32,000 bases of DNA from Moraxella nasicaprae (GTDB lineage: Bacteria > Pseudomonadota > Gammaproteobacteria > Pseudomonadales > Moraxellaceae). The DNA lies in assembly GCF_025643275.1 (NCBI RefSeq), contig NZ_CP089977.1, forward strand, positions 1,950,001 to 1,982,000. Reading direction: 5' to 3'. Shown piece by piece: positions 8,767 through 17,550 of the stretch. The notes beneath the pieces were generated by a model. That model did no database searches and was not told the origin of the DNA. It worked only from the letters and a program-made list of their open reading frames with translations. Positions within the stretch are counted from its first letter, which is position 1. The number at the start of each line of letters is the position of its first letter. Both the position numbers and the translations under genes were made by a program.

Positions 8767-9768
8767 TCATCGACAATGGCGACTGATTAAATCCACCAAA
8801 TGTGCATGATAGTAGGCTGGCAAATCATGCCCCAAACCTTGCACCAAAGTAAAGCTGGCATTGGGAATGGTTTTGGCAAGAAGTTTGCCATGACTGGCTG
8901 GTAGCAGCCCATCTTTATCGCCGTGAATGATGAGGGTTTTTGCTTTGATTTGTTTGCTAAATCTTAAAATAGAACCAGATGCTAAGATGGCGGTGAGCTG
9001 TTGAGATACGCCTAATGGGTGAAAATTTCTTTGGTAGCGTTTTTCGGCAATGGCACGAGTGCCTTTGATGTCCAAATGACCTGGCGAACCAACAGCGGTC
9101 ATGAACCAGACGCTATGGCGTACCATGTCTCTTTGAGAATGACTTTCGGGACGACGAATGAAAGTCATGAATTGCTTGGGATTGGGCGGTCTTAAAAATG
9201 CTCTATTGGATGTGCTGAATAATAAAATCAGATTTTGGATATATTTGGGGTAGCGTGCAGCAACGATTTGGGCAATCATGCCGCCCATCGATGCACCGAC
9301 CAGATTGACTTGACTAAGCTGCAAGGTCTTAGTCAGGCGAGCTACATCCTCTGCCATGTCGGTGAGTGTATAGGCGACTTGTTCTTGGCGATTGGACAAT
9401 CCTGCTTGCATTTTGAGCATCATTTTTAGAGGATTGAGTCTGGGCAGACCGTCAATCTGAATTTTGCTGGACAATCCTGTGTCTCTGTTGTCAAAACGAA
9501 TGACAAAAAAACCAGCCTCCATGAATAATTTTAAAAAATCATCTGACCAAAATAACATCTGAGAACCAAGTCCTGCTACAAAAATAATCACAGGATTGTC
9601 AGGATTGCCCCCAGCTTCCACACACAACTGAATGCCATCGCCAATATCAATGATGGCTTGATAAAGATGGTCAGACAAATCGGACGGATACCAATCGATT
9701 TGACCGAATCGTTGCCATGAGTCGGGCGGTGTGCGTGGCTGTGCGTGAAAAGGGGTGCTGGTCATCAT
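8767..9768 (-). CDS. Alpha/beta-fold hydrolase, EstB-like esterase candidate
   Basis: Nucleophile elbow GASMGGMIA, an HG-type oxyanion region (IIFVAGLGS), and a C-terminal GLGHDLP histidine. It starts 8 nt after the rubredoxin stop, so it is probably co-transcribed. Confidence 0.7.
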   Translation of the reverse strand: MMTSTPFHAQPRTPPDSWQRFGQIDWYPSDLSDHLYQAIIDIGDGIQLCVEAGGNPDNPVIIFVAGLGSQMLFWSDDFLKLFMEAGFFVIRFDNRDTGLSSKIQIDGLPRLNPLKMMLKMQAGLSNRQEQVAYTLTDMAEDVARLTKTLQLSQVNLVGASMGGMIAQIVAARYPKYIQNLILLFSTSNRAFLRPPNPKQFMTFIRRPESHSQRDMVRHSVWFMTAVGSPGHLDIKGTRAIAEKRYQRNFHPLGVSQQLTAILASGSILRFSKQIKAKTLIIHGDKDGLLPASHGKLLAKTIPNASFTLVQGLGHDLPAYYHAHLVDLISRHCR

Positions 9769-9776
9769 GCTGCGGA

Positions 9777-9941
9777 TTAGATTTCTACCATTTCAAAGTC
9801 CAGCTTGCCTACACCACATTCTGGGCAGGTCCAGTCGTCTGGAATATCTTCCCAACGAGTACCAGGTGCCAAGCCTTCTTCTGGGCAGCCAAGTTCCTCA
9901 TCATAAATCCAGCCGCAAACAATACATTGATATCTTTTCAT
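9777..9941 (-). CDS. rubA: Rubredoxin
   Basis: [16 protein letters not shown]...[25 protein letters not shown] has two CxxCG knuckles and the classic 54-aa length. Start taken at the internal ATG 9941. Confidence 0.92.
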   Translation of the reverse strand: MKRYQCIVCGWIYDEELGCPEEGLAPGTRWEDIPDDWTCPECGVGKLDFEMVEI

Positions 9942-10247
9942 AAAAAACCTTTCTTGTTGATTGCCGATGTCCAAGACAACAGAATGTCAAGGAGTTGGGT
10001 AATTGTGTTTAGTTTACATATGTATCGTATTTTTGACAAGTAAAATTTTTTAATTTATCAGTTTGATGAAGTAAAAAGCTGTCGTGGTCTGATTTAAATC
10101 AGTCTAGATAATATGTGTGTCAATGTTGAATGTTGGTCGTGCGACTAAGCAATTTTCTAGGCGAATCATGAATGGCTTGTTAGGTTCTGTTGGGGTGGCT
10201 GCTGGGTTAAATTTTGCAAGCAAAAATCAATCATCAAGCAAGCCCAT

Positions 10248-10284
10248 GAAAAACCCCTTTTATCAATGGAGTGATAAAAGGGGT
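10248..10284 (-). terminator. Rho-independent terminator after the Sel1-repeat gene
   Basis: CCCCTTTT (10254-10261) pairs with AAAAGGGG (10276-10283). The A-run on the plus strand gives a U-tract on the minus-strand transcript. Confidence 0.65.
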
Positions 10285-10305
10285 GGATATCATGCTATCG
10301 TGATA

Positions 10306-10782
10306 TTAGCGACGAGAGCAACCTTCATGAATGCCGTTGTCGCAGGCTTTACCAAACCATTCTTTGGCGATGGCTTTATCTTTGGCGACCCCATAACCTT
10401 TGCGATACATGACTGCTAAGTTGAATTGAGCCTCTGGGTGACCTTGCTCGGCGGCTTTGGTGTACCATTCTGCTGCTTTCTTTTCATCTCGTGCAACACC
10501 TTGACCATCTGAATACATGGTGGCTAGGTTGTATTGAGATTTGGCATGTCCTTGCTCAGCGGCTTTGGCATAGAACTTGGCAGCATTTTCAAAGTCTTCT
10601 TTTTTGTCATAAGCAAAACCAGTCAAATATTGCAGATTGGCATCGTTTGATGAGGCAAGCTCTTTTTCACAGATGTTAGCAGCCGCACTGTCTTCGCTTT
10701 CAATGGCTTGCTCGCAACTTTGGGCATAGGCTGCACTGCCAGTCAACGCTAGGGCAACAAGTAGGGTTTTCATCAATTTCAT
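10306..10782 (-). CDS. Secreted Sel1-like repeat (SLR/TPR) protein
   Basis: Signal peptide MKLMKTLLVALALTGSAAYA. Three tandem SLR units follow (AAEQGHAKSQYNLATMYSDGQGV, AAEQGHPEAQFNLAVMYRKGYGV, ACDNG...). Confidence 0.85.
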   Translation of the reverse strand: MKLMKTLLVALALTGSAAYAQSCEQAIESEDSAAANICEKELASSNDANLQYLTGFAYDKKEDFENAAKFYAKAAEQGHAKSQYNLATMYSDGQGVARDEKKAAEWYTKAAEQGHPEAQFNLAVMYRKGYGVAKDKAIAKEWFGKACDNGIHEGCSRR

Positions 10783-11106
10783 CGCAGTCTCCTAATGCTA
10801 ATGAAGGGAGGAATGAGCCATATCATAAGATAAAAATTTTTAAAAGACAATACTTTTTTTATGAAAAAAAGTTATAAAAATACGAGTGATTGTATCGCCA
10901 TATTAGCTTATTTAAATCACCAAATAGATAATATTTTGATGGCTGTGCCAACAATCAGTGGTGTGTGAGTTTTTATAACCAAAAATGATGAAAAATACAA
11001 AAAGCATAAATAAAATTTGTCGAAAGCCTACACCAAACACAAAAAATCGTGTATGATGGTGGTATTTATGGTTTAAGTCGATATTTTGATAGAAGGATAC
11101 CGAGCA

Positions 11107-12210
11107 ATGAGCGAAAACACCCCCATCAATACCGATGAAATTCAAGCTCACCGCCGCAGAATTGATGTGATTGACGAGCAAATTCAGCAACTCATCAATC
11201 AGCGTGCTAAAATCGCCCAAGAAGTCGCTGTGGTCAAAAAAAATCATGGCGACCACCCAATTTTTTATCGTCCAGAGCGAGAGGCTCAGGTGCTAAAAGC
11301 CGTCATGGCTCGCAATGAAGGGCCGCTGTCTGGCGAAAAAATGGCTCGTCTGTTTCGTGAGATTATGTCGGTGTGCTTGGAGCTAGAAGAGCCGCAACGA
11401 GTGGCATTCTTAGGGCCTGTGGGGACTTTTACGCACGCTGCTGCACTCAAACACTTTGGCAAAGCTGCTACGACCGTTTCTTTGACAACCATCACCGATG
11501 TCTTTCGTGAGGTGGAGTCGGGCAATGCCATGTATGGTGTTGTGCCTGTCGAAAACTCATCAGAAGGCGTGGTTAACCATACTTTGGACGCTTTTTTGTC
11601 ATCAACACTAAAAATCATCGGTGAGGTAGAACTACCCATTCATCATCATTTCTTGGTGGCAGAACACACCCGAGTGGAGAGCCTAAGTCGTATCTATGCT
11701 CATCAGCAAGCGTTGGCACAATGCCGTCATTGGCTGGATGTGAATTTTCCCAATGTGGAGCGAGTGGCGGTATCCAGCAATGGTGAGGCAGCTCGTCGTC
11801 TGCAAAACGAATGGCATTCAGCAGCGATTGCAGGCGAAGTGGCGGTGGCTGAATATGGTCTGCACAAATTGCATGAAAACATCGAAGACAATCCAGGCAA
11901 TACCACCAGATTCCTCATCATCGGTCGTGAAGAAATTGCACCGTCAGGTACGGATAAAACTTCAATCATGGTGTCAAGTCCTGATAAGGCGGGGGCATTG
12001 CTTGAATTATTACAACCTTTGTACAAGCATGGTGTATCCATGACCAGCATCGAAACTCGTCCAGAAAGACCTAATAAGTGGTCGTATGTGTTTTTCATTG
12101 ACATGGACGGACATATCAGCGATGAAAGCGTATCGACAGCGATTGATGAAATGAGAGTGCTTGCCAAAGAGCTGCGGATTTTGGGTTCGTATCCAAAGGC
12201 AGTGCTATAA
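11107..12210 (+). CDS. pheA: Bifunctional chorismate mutase / prephenate dehydratase (P-protein)
   Basis: CM domain (RRRIDVIDEQIQQLINQRAKIAQEV), PDT domain (VAFLGPVGTFTHAAA, VPVENSSEGVV, TRFLII) and C-terminal ACT (SMTSIETRP). Start at the ATG MSENTPIN, preceded by AGGA. Confidence 0.93.
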   Translation: MSENTPINTDEIQAHRRRIDVIDEQIQQLINQRAKIAQEVAVVKKNHGDHPIFYRPEREAQVLKAVMARNEGPLSGEKMARLFREIMSVCLELEEPQRVAFLGPVGTFTHAAALKHFGKAATTVSLTTITDVFREVESGNAMYGVVPVENSSEGVVNHTLDAFLSSTLKIIGEVELPIHHHFLVAEHTRVESLSRIYAHQQALAQCRHWLDVNFPNVERVAVSSNGEAARRLQNEWHSAAIAGEVAVAEYGLHKLHENIEDNPGNTTRFLIIGREEIAPSGTDKTSIMVSSPDKAGALLELLQPLYKHGVSMTSIETRPERPNKWSYVFFIDMDGHISDESVSTAIDEMRVLAKELRILGSYPKAVL

Positions 12211-12243
12211 TCATCAAGGGGCAAATACTTTAACACAGGCAAA

Positions 12244-14553
12244 ATGCCAAGATGTACTGGTATGAATAAGATAAGACAGCCAATTTTTGACCAGATTTGT
12301 GTGGTTGGGCTTGGTTTGATTGGTGCGTCCTTTGTGCAGGCATTGGTGCAAGCAAACCAAGACACGCCATTGATGCGTCGTATCGTGGCGGTGGATAGCA
12401 ATGAGCGAAGTATTCGATTGGCTTGCCAAGCAGGTCTGATTGCAGAAGGTCATACTGATTTATCGCAAGTTGCACAGGGGTCAGACCTGATTGTCTTGGC
12501 AACGCCTGTGCAATCCATACCAAAGTTATTTGCCCAAATTCATGCCTTATCAACGCTTAAAAAATTACCAGAGCATTGCATCATCAGCGATGTTGGCAGC
12601 ACCAAAGCTGATTTATTGCAAGCAGCTCGGCAGATTTTTGGTCAGCATCATCGATTTATTGGCGGACACCCGATTGCAGGAGCGGAAAATTCAGGCTTTG
12701 AAGCCCGAAAAGGCGATTTGTTTGTTCGGCACAAATTGATTTTATGCCCTGATAATCATAGCGATGCCAAAGACATACAAAAATTACAAGCCTTATGGCA
12801 GGCATTGGGTGCTGATGTGGTATTGATGTCAAGCGATAGGCATGACCAAGTGCTGGCTTACACCAGTCATTTACCGCATTTGCTAGCATTCTCCCTGACG
12901 CATCAATTAGCAGAGCATGACGATAATTTAGATATTTTGCGATATGCCGCTGGGGGATTTCGAGATTTTAGTCGCATTGCTGCCAGCGATCCACAAATGT
13001 GGCACGATATTTTCTTGGCAAATAAGACAGCGATTTTGCAGGCGTTGGACGAGTTTTCGGCACATTTGGGCGAATTTCGCCAGCTGATACATCAAGAGCA
13101 GTCGCAGTCATTACTGGCTTGGCTTGGCAAATCAAGAGATGTTCGCAGGCATTTTGGGCATATGCTCACCAGTCACGATACCAGCCATCATTCATCTACC
13201 CATCAGGATATTTATATGACCAATCAAAGCTATCATATTAAACCCGCCCAATCCATCTTGGGTACGATTACTGTACCAGGCGATAAATCTATCTCTCATC
13301 GTTCCATCATGTTTGGTTCTTTGGCTGATGGTGTGACCAAAGTCAGTGGATTTTTGCAAGGTGAAGATGCGTTGGCAACCCTGCAAGCATTCAGCGACAT
13401 GGGTGTCAAGATTGAACGAGAGGGCGACCAAGTAGTGATTCATGGTGTGGGCATTGATGGTCTTAATGCACCAAATAAGCCTTTGTATATGGGCAATAGT
13501 GGCACAAGCATGCGTTTATTGGCAGGAATTTTATCCGCTCAGCAGTTTGATAGTGTCATGACAGGCGATGTCAGCTTATCAAAAAGACCCATGGAGCGAG
13601 TTGCTAAGCCACTGCGTCAAATGGGGGCGATAATCCAGTCCACGGGCGAAAAAGGCACAGCACCATTATCCATCACAGGTGGTCAGTCTTTGACAGCCAT
13701 TGATTATACTTTGCCTGTGGCGTCAGCACAGATTAAATCCTGTCTGATTTTGGCGGCTTTATGGGCAAAAGGTACAACCACCATTACTGAGCCTGAGATT
13801 AGCCGAGACCATACAGAAAGAATGCTTAATGCCTTTAATTATCCTGTACACAGCAAAGATGGTGTCATTACAGTAACGGGTGGTGGTCGCTTGACTGCGT
13901 GCGATATTATCGTGCCAGCTGATATTTCAAGTGCTGCGTTTTTTATGGTGTTGGCGGCAATCGGTCAAGGAGAGGGACTGACCATCAAAAAAGTTGGCAT
14001 GAATCCCACTCGCACAGGCGTGATTGATATTTTAACATTGATGGGTGCAGACATTAGCATCACTAATGAAACTGTGGTGGGTGGCGAACCAATCGCTGAT
14101 ATTATCGTCAAGCCATCGCAGCTGATGGGCATTGATATCCCAGAACATTTAGTGCCGTTAGCCATTGATGAATTTCCTGTTCTGTTTGTGGCGGCAAGCT
14201 GTGCCATTGGCAAAACAACCCTAACAGGTGCCAAAGAACTAAGGGTCAAAGAGTCTGACCGTATTGCGGTGATGGCGGAGGGTTTGACCACTTTGGGTAT
14301 CGAATGCGAGGTGCTTGATGATGGCATGATTATTCATGGCAAGGGTAAGGCAGGGGAAACGACAGCGATTTTTGGTGGCGGAGTCATTGAAAGTCATCAC
14401 GACCATCGCATTGCGATGAGTTTTGCGGTGGCAAGCGTCAGAGCGTCCGATGACATCATTATTCATGGCACGCAGACGGTAAACACCAGCTTTCCAAATT
14501 TTGCCAATCTTGCCAATCAAGTGGGTCTGAACATTCAGGTTATTGATGAATGA
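12244..14553 (+). CDS. aroA: Fusion: prephenate/cyclohexadienyl dehydrogenase (TyrA) plus 3-phosphoshikimate 1-carboxyvinyltransferase (AroA)
   Basis: N-terminal VVGLGLIGASF Rossmann and GGHPIAGAENSG (TyrA). From about residue 330 come PGDKSISHRS, LYMGNSGTSMRLL, ELRVKESDRI and DHRIAMSF (EPSP synthase). The start is uncertain between ATG 12244 and ATG 12262. Confidence 0.92.
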   Translation: MPRCTGMNKIRQPIFDQICVVGLGLIGASFVQALVQANQDTPLMRRIVAVDSNERSIRLACQAGLIAEGHTDLSQVAQGSDLIVLATPVQSIPKLFAQIHALSTLKKLPEHCIISDVGSTKADLLQAARQIFGQHHRFIGGHPIAGAENSGFEARKGDLFVRHKLILCPDNHSDAKDIQKLQALWQALGADVVLMSSDRHDQVLAYTSHLPHLLAFSLTHQLAEHDDNLDILRYAAGGFRDFSRIAASDPQMWHDIFLANKTAILQALDEFSAHLGEFRQLIHQEQSQSLLAWLGKSRDVRRHFGHMLTSHDTSHHSSTHQDIYMTNQSYHIKPAQSILGTITVPGDKSISHRSIMFGSLADGVTKVSGFLQGEDALATLQAFSDMGVKIEREGDQVVIHGVGIDGLNAPNKPLYMGNSGTSMRLLAGILSAQQFDSVMTGDVSLSKRPMERVAKPLRQMGAIIQSTGEKGTAPLSITGGQSLTAIDYTLPVASAQIKSCLILAALWAKGTTTITEPEISRDHTERMLNAFNYPVHSKDGVITVTGGGRLTACDIIVPADISSAAFFMVLAAIGQGEGLTIKKVGMNPTRTGVIDILTLMGADISITNETVVGGEPIADIIVKPSQLMGIDIPEHLVPLAIDEFPVLFVAASCAIGKTTLTGAKELRVKESDRIAVMAEGLTTLGIECEVLDDGMIIHGKGKAGETTAIFGGGVIESHHDHRIAMSFAVASVRASDDIIIHGTQTVNTSFPNFANLANQVGLNIQVIDE

Positions 14554-14571
14554 TTGTTTAGATTTTATTTG

Positions 14572-14608
14572 AAAAAAAGATTGGCGGTGTGCCAATCTTT
14601 TGCTTTTT
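14572..14608 (+). terminator. Rho-independent terminator after tyrA-aroA
   Basis: AAAGATTGGC (14576-14585) pairs with GCCAATCTTT (14591-14600) across a 5-nt loop, followed by a T-rich tail. Confidence 0.8.
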
Positions 14609-14715
14609 GATTCGCTTAGAAAATATGACCATATGCCAAAAAATGATGATTCATATCTTTGGCAAAACCGACTTTTGATTTAAGTTTTTTCTTTGCTAAG
14701 AGTTTGGATACGAGT

Positions 14716-15612
14716 ATGCAAAAACCCATCACGACCAGCGTTCAAGGGGTCATAACTGCCTTATCTGCTTTTTTATTATGGGGAAGTTTTCCTTTATATT
14801 TCAAGCAGTTAAGTCATTATAACGCCATTGAAGTCATCGTTCATCGAGTGGTGTGGACTTTGGTGGTGCTATCGATGGTGTTATTGATTGCCAGACGGAC
14901 GGCTTGGCTAAATATCATTAAGACTCAGCCAAAATGGCTTGCTTTGACTTTTTTGGCGGCGTTGATGATTGGTACAAACTGGCTGACCTATGTGTGGGCA
15001 GTGGCAAATAATCAGGTGCTAGAAGCCAGCTTGGGCTATTTTATCAATCCATTGATGGGCGTGGCATTTTCTTTGATATTTTTTAAGGAAAAATTAAGAA
15101 AATTACAAATCGTCAGCGTGTTTTTGGCCATGTTGGCGGTGTTGGTTCAGGTGTTTTGGCTGGGTGGTGTGCCATGGGTCAGTTTATTATTGGCGATTAG
15201 TTTTAGCATCTACGGGGTCATTCAGCGACAAACACCATTTGATGCCATTGATGGCTTATTTATTGAGACTGCTTTATTACTACCGCTTTGTTTGATTTGG
15301 CTTGCCAATGCCTCAGTGGCAAGTGCATCACCAGATTTTTGGCTAAGCAGTCAGATTGGCTTATTGATGCTGGCAGGTCCCATCACTCTAATCCCTTTGT
15401 TGCTATATAATCGTTCTACCAAAATGGTGGCATTTACGCTACTTAGCTTTATGGGCTATCTGACCCCCAGCATTGTCTTTTTATTGGCGGTGTTTTATTA
15501 TCACGAACCATTTACTTGGCAAAGTGTGATTGTTTTTGGTATGATTTGGCTGGCTTTACTTATTTTTAGTGCAGATTTGCTGTATCATCAGCGAAAGTTA
15601 AGAGGTTTGTGA
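14716..15612 (+). CDS. rarD: EamA/DMT-family transporter RarD
   Basis: GVITALSAFLLWGSFPLYFK start and about 10 hydrophobic segments. At 298 aa from ATG 14716 the length matches RarD. The ORF-track start at 14659 is a TTG. Confidence 0.8.
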   Translation: MQKPITTSVQGVITALSAFLLWGSFPLYFKQLSHYNAIEVIVHRVVWTLVVLSMVLLIARRTAWLNIIKTQPKWLALTFLAALMIGTNWLTYVWAVANNQVLEASLGYFINPLMGVAFSLIFFKEKLRKLQIVSVFLAMLAVLVQVFWLGGVPWVSLLLAISFSIYGVIQRQTPFDAIDGLFIETALLLPLCLIWLANASVASASPDFWLSSQIGLLMLAGPITLIPLLLYNRSTKMVAFTLLSFMGYLTPSIVFLLAVFYYHEPFTWQSVIVFGMIWLALLIFSADLLYHQRKLRGL

Positions 15613-15968
15613 TGAATGATGTTGTTTTTATTCAAGGTTTGAACATCAATACACTGATTGGTGTCTATGATTGGGAGCGGGCGATTAAACAGCTTTTGGT
15701 CATCGATGCTGAGATGGTATGCGACATGAGTCGAGCAATTGCTGATGACGATGTAGCTCATGTCATCAATTATAAAACAGTCTGTGAGGATATTGAGGAA
15801 ATATGCCATCGTGCCAAAGCGGAATTATTGGAAACTTTGGCTGATAAGATTGCAACTCATATTTTGACAAAATATCCTTGCCGACAAATCACGCTGACCA
15901 TTCATAAGCCTAACGCCATCAAACAGGCACAAAGTGTTGGCGTGAAGATTGTTCGTAGCATATCTTAA
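15612..15968 (+). CDS. folB: Dihydroneopterin aldolase
   Basis: VFIQGLNINTLIGVYDWERAIKQLLVIDAEM and LETLADKIA match the FolB pattern at 118 aa. The start overlaps the rarD stop (TGATG). Confidence 0.88.
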   Translation: MNDVVFIQGLNINTLIGVYDWERAIKQLLVIDAEMVCDMSRAIADDDVAHVINYKTVCEDIEEICHRAKAELLETLADKIATHILTKYPCRQITLTIHKPNAIKQAQSVGVKIVRSIS

Positions 15969-15994
15969 ATTGCGTTTTGTGATTGTACCCACAA

Positions 15995-16025
15995 ATTTGC
16001 AACTTGGTTTAAAAAAGTTGCAAAT
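15995..16025. promoter_or_regulatory. Perfect 11-bp inverted repeat (ATTTGCAACTT / AAGTTGCAAAT, 9-nt spacer) upstream of dusB
   Basis: Read directly from the sequence. Further TGCAA cores follow at about 16030 and 16051. No U-tract follows, so it is more likely an operator than a terminator. Confidence 0.4.
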
Positions 16026-16087
16026 AGGGTGCAATATTGATTTCAAAATATGCAAGTTTATCCTATTTGATGTAAGTTTATACCACA

Positions 16088-17107
16088 ATGACCACAACAC
16101 AAAATCAAGAAAAACCCCTTAAAAATCAACACATTCTGCTACAACCCTTGCAAATAGGGGGTTTGACGATTGAGAACAGATTGTGCGTTGCACCGATGGC
16201 AGGGGTGACGGATAATCCGTTTCGAAAATTATGCAAATCTTTTGGAGCAGGGCATGCGGTCAGCGAGATGATTATTGCTGATACCGCTCTTTATGCTCGC
16301 AAAAAGTCTTTGTATCGTGCCAATTTTGATGGAGAAATTGCCCCGATTTCTGCCCAAATTGCAGGGGCTGAACCTGATAAATTGGCAGATGCGGCTCGTT
16401 TTCAAGTGGATAATGGGGCTCAGATTGTGGACATCAATATGGGGTGTCCTGCCAAAAAAGTGTGCAAAAAATTAGCAGGCTCAGCATTACTACAAGATGA
16501 GGATTTGGTCAAACGCTTGCTTGATACAGCGGTCAATGCGGTTAATGTGCCTGTGACGCTCAAAACTCGCTTGGGTTTTGCCAATGGTCAGGAAAATATC
16601 CTCAGTGTTGCTAAGATTGCTGAGCAGGCAGGCATTGCTGCCATTGCCATTCATGGACGCACCAGAGAGGATTTTTATACAGGGCAGGCTCGTTATGAAT
16701 TGATTAAAGAAGTCAAACAATCCATCAATATTCCTGTGATTGTCAATGGTGATATTGACAGTCCAGCCAAAGCGGTGGCGGTGCAGGCAATGACAGGTGC
16801 AGATGCGGTGATGATTGGGCGGGCGGCACAGGGTCAGCCGTGGATTTTTAGGGATATTGCTCATTTTGTTAGGACTGGCGAAGTACCGCCAGCACCTAAC
16901 CTTACCGAGCTTCGTCAGATTGTCTTGGCTCATTTGGAGGAGTTGTATCGTTTTTATGGCGAATATTCTGGGTGTCGCATTGCTCGCAAACATATTGCTT
17001 GGTACACGGGAGGCTTGCCCAATTCTAACGCATTTCGTGAAGCAATGTATGCTTGTCAAACAACTGATGAGCAATTTGCCGCTGTGGCAAATTTTTTATC
17101 TGACTGA
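16088..17107 (+). CDS. dusB: tRNA-dihydrouridine synthase B
   Basis: VAPMAGVTDNPFR, DINMGCPAKKV, TLKTRLG, AIHGRTR and NGDI are the characteristic Dus TIM-barrel motifs. Confidence 0.93.
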   Translation: MTTTQNQEKPLKNQHILLQPLQIGGLTIENRLCVAPMAGVTDNPFRKLCKSFGAGHAVSEMIIADTALYARKKSLYRANFDGEIAPISAQIAGAEPDKLADAARFQVDNGAQIVDINMGCPAKKVCKKLAGSALLQDEDLVKRLLDTAVNAVNVPVTLKTRLGFANGQENILSVAKIAEQAGIAAIAIHGRTREDFYTGQARYELIKEVKQSINIPVIVNGDIDSPAKAVAVQAMTGADAVMIGRAAQGQPWIFRDIAHFVRTGEVPPAPNLTELRQIVLAHLEELYRFYGEYSGCRIARKHIAWYTGGLPNSNAFREAMYACQTTDEQFAAVANFLSD

Positions 17108-17126
17108 CCGTGATGTAGGTTTGTCA

Positions 17127-17519
17127 TCAAATCCCACAAAGTTCTTGGCGTAAATCATCGGCGATGGTTTCCTCATTGATGACTTCCCAGTCGCCTTCGC
17201 CTAAGTTTTCGCCAACGATTTCATCATCAGACCAATAAAATTCATCATCAACACGCACCATGTTATTGGAGCAATCAAGCTTCCAATGCTCAATGGATGA
17301 ATTGTACGATGTGACCCCATCATCTAAATATCGCCACTCATCATAGATGGCAGCAACATGAAGGGTATAGTCGCCCAGCTCGTCAAGCTCCAAGCTGTCT
17401 AAGTCATAATAAAAGTCAGTGTTGTCAGTGCTGTTAGAAAAATATGTCCAATCTTCTGCCAAAGCGTGTTGAGCAAATAATAGACTGGCACATAAAATCA
17501 ATGAACGCATCAGTTGCAT
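17127..17519 (-). CDS. Small secreted acidic protein, possibly adhesin-E-like fold
   Basis: Signal peptide MQLMRSLILCASLLFAQHALA. The W..F....DFYYDLDS...KLDC...W..I....C pattern with two Cys resembles the surface-adhesin E family, judged from memory only. Confidence 0.45.
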   Translation of the reverse strand: MQLMRSLILCASLLFAQHALAEDWTYFSNSTDNTDFYYDLDSLELDELGDYTLHVAAIYDEWRYLDDGVTSYNSSIEHWKLDCSNNMVRVDDEFYWSDDEIVGENLGEGDWEVINEETIADDLRQELCGI

Positions 17520-17550
17520 GGTTTATAATTCCTTATTTCAATAAATTGTA

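Noticed and set aside
10117-10419. 100-aa plus-strand ORF
   Set aside because: It overlaps the 3' end and terminator of the Sel1-repeat gene in antisense and has no supporting signals.
10783-11106. Possible pheA leader peptide or attenuator, plus the 114-aa minus-strand ORF at 10912-11256
   Set aside because: The small plus-strand ORFs I translated (35 aa from 10861 and 23 aa from about 10987) contain no Phe run, and no alternative terminator/antiterminator pairing was evident. The 114-aa ORF overlaps the pheA start in antisense and looks non-coding.
11727-12401. 224-aa ORF on the minus strand
   Set aside because: It is entirely antisense to the well-supported pheA and tyrA-aroA genes. The translation is low-complexity (Ser/Thr/Cys-rich) with no motifs, so it is a shadow ORF.
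16490-17074. 194-aa ORF on the minus strand
   Set aside because: It is antisense to dusB, whose motifs are unambiguous. There is no RBS or recognisable domain.
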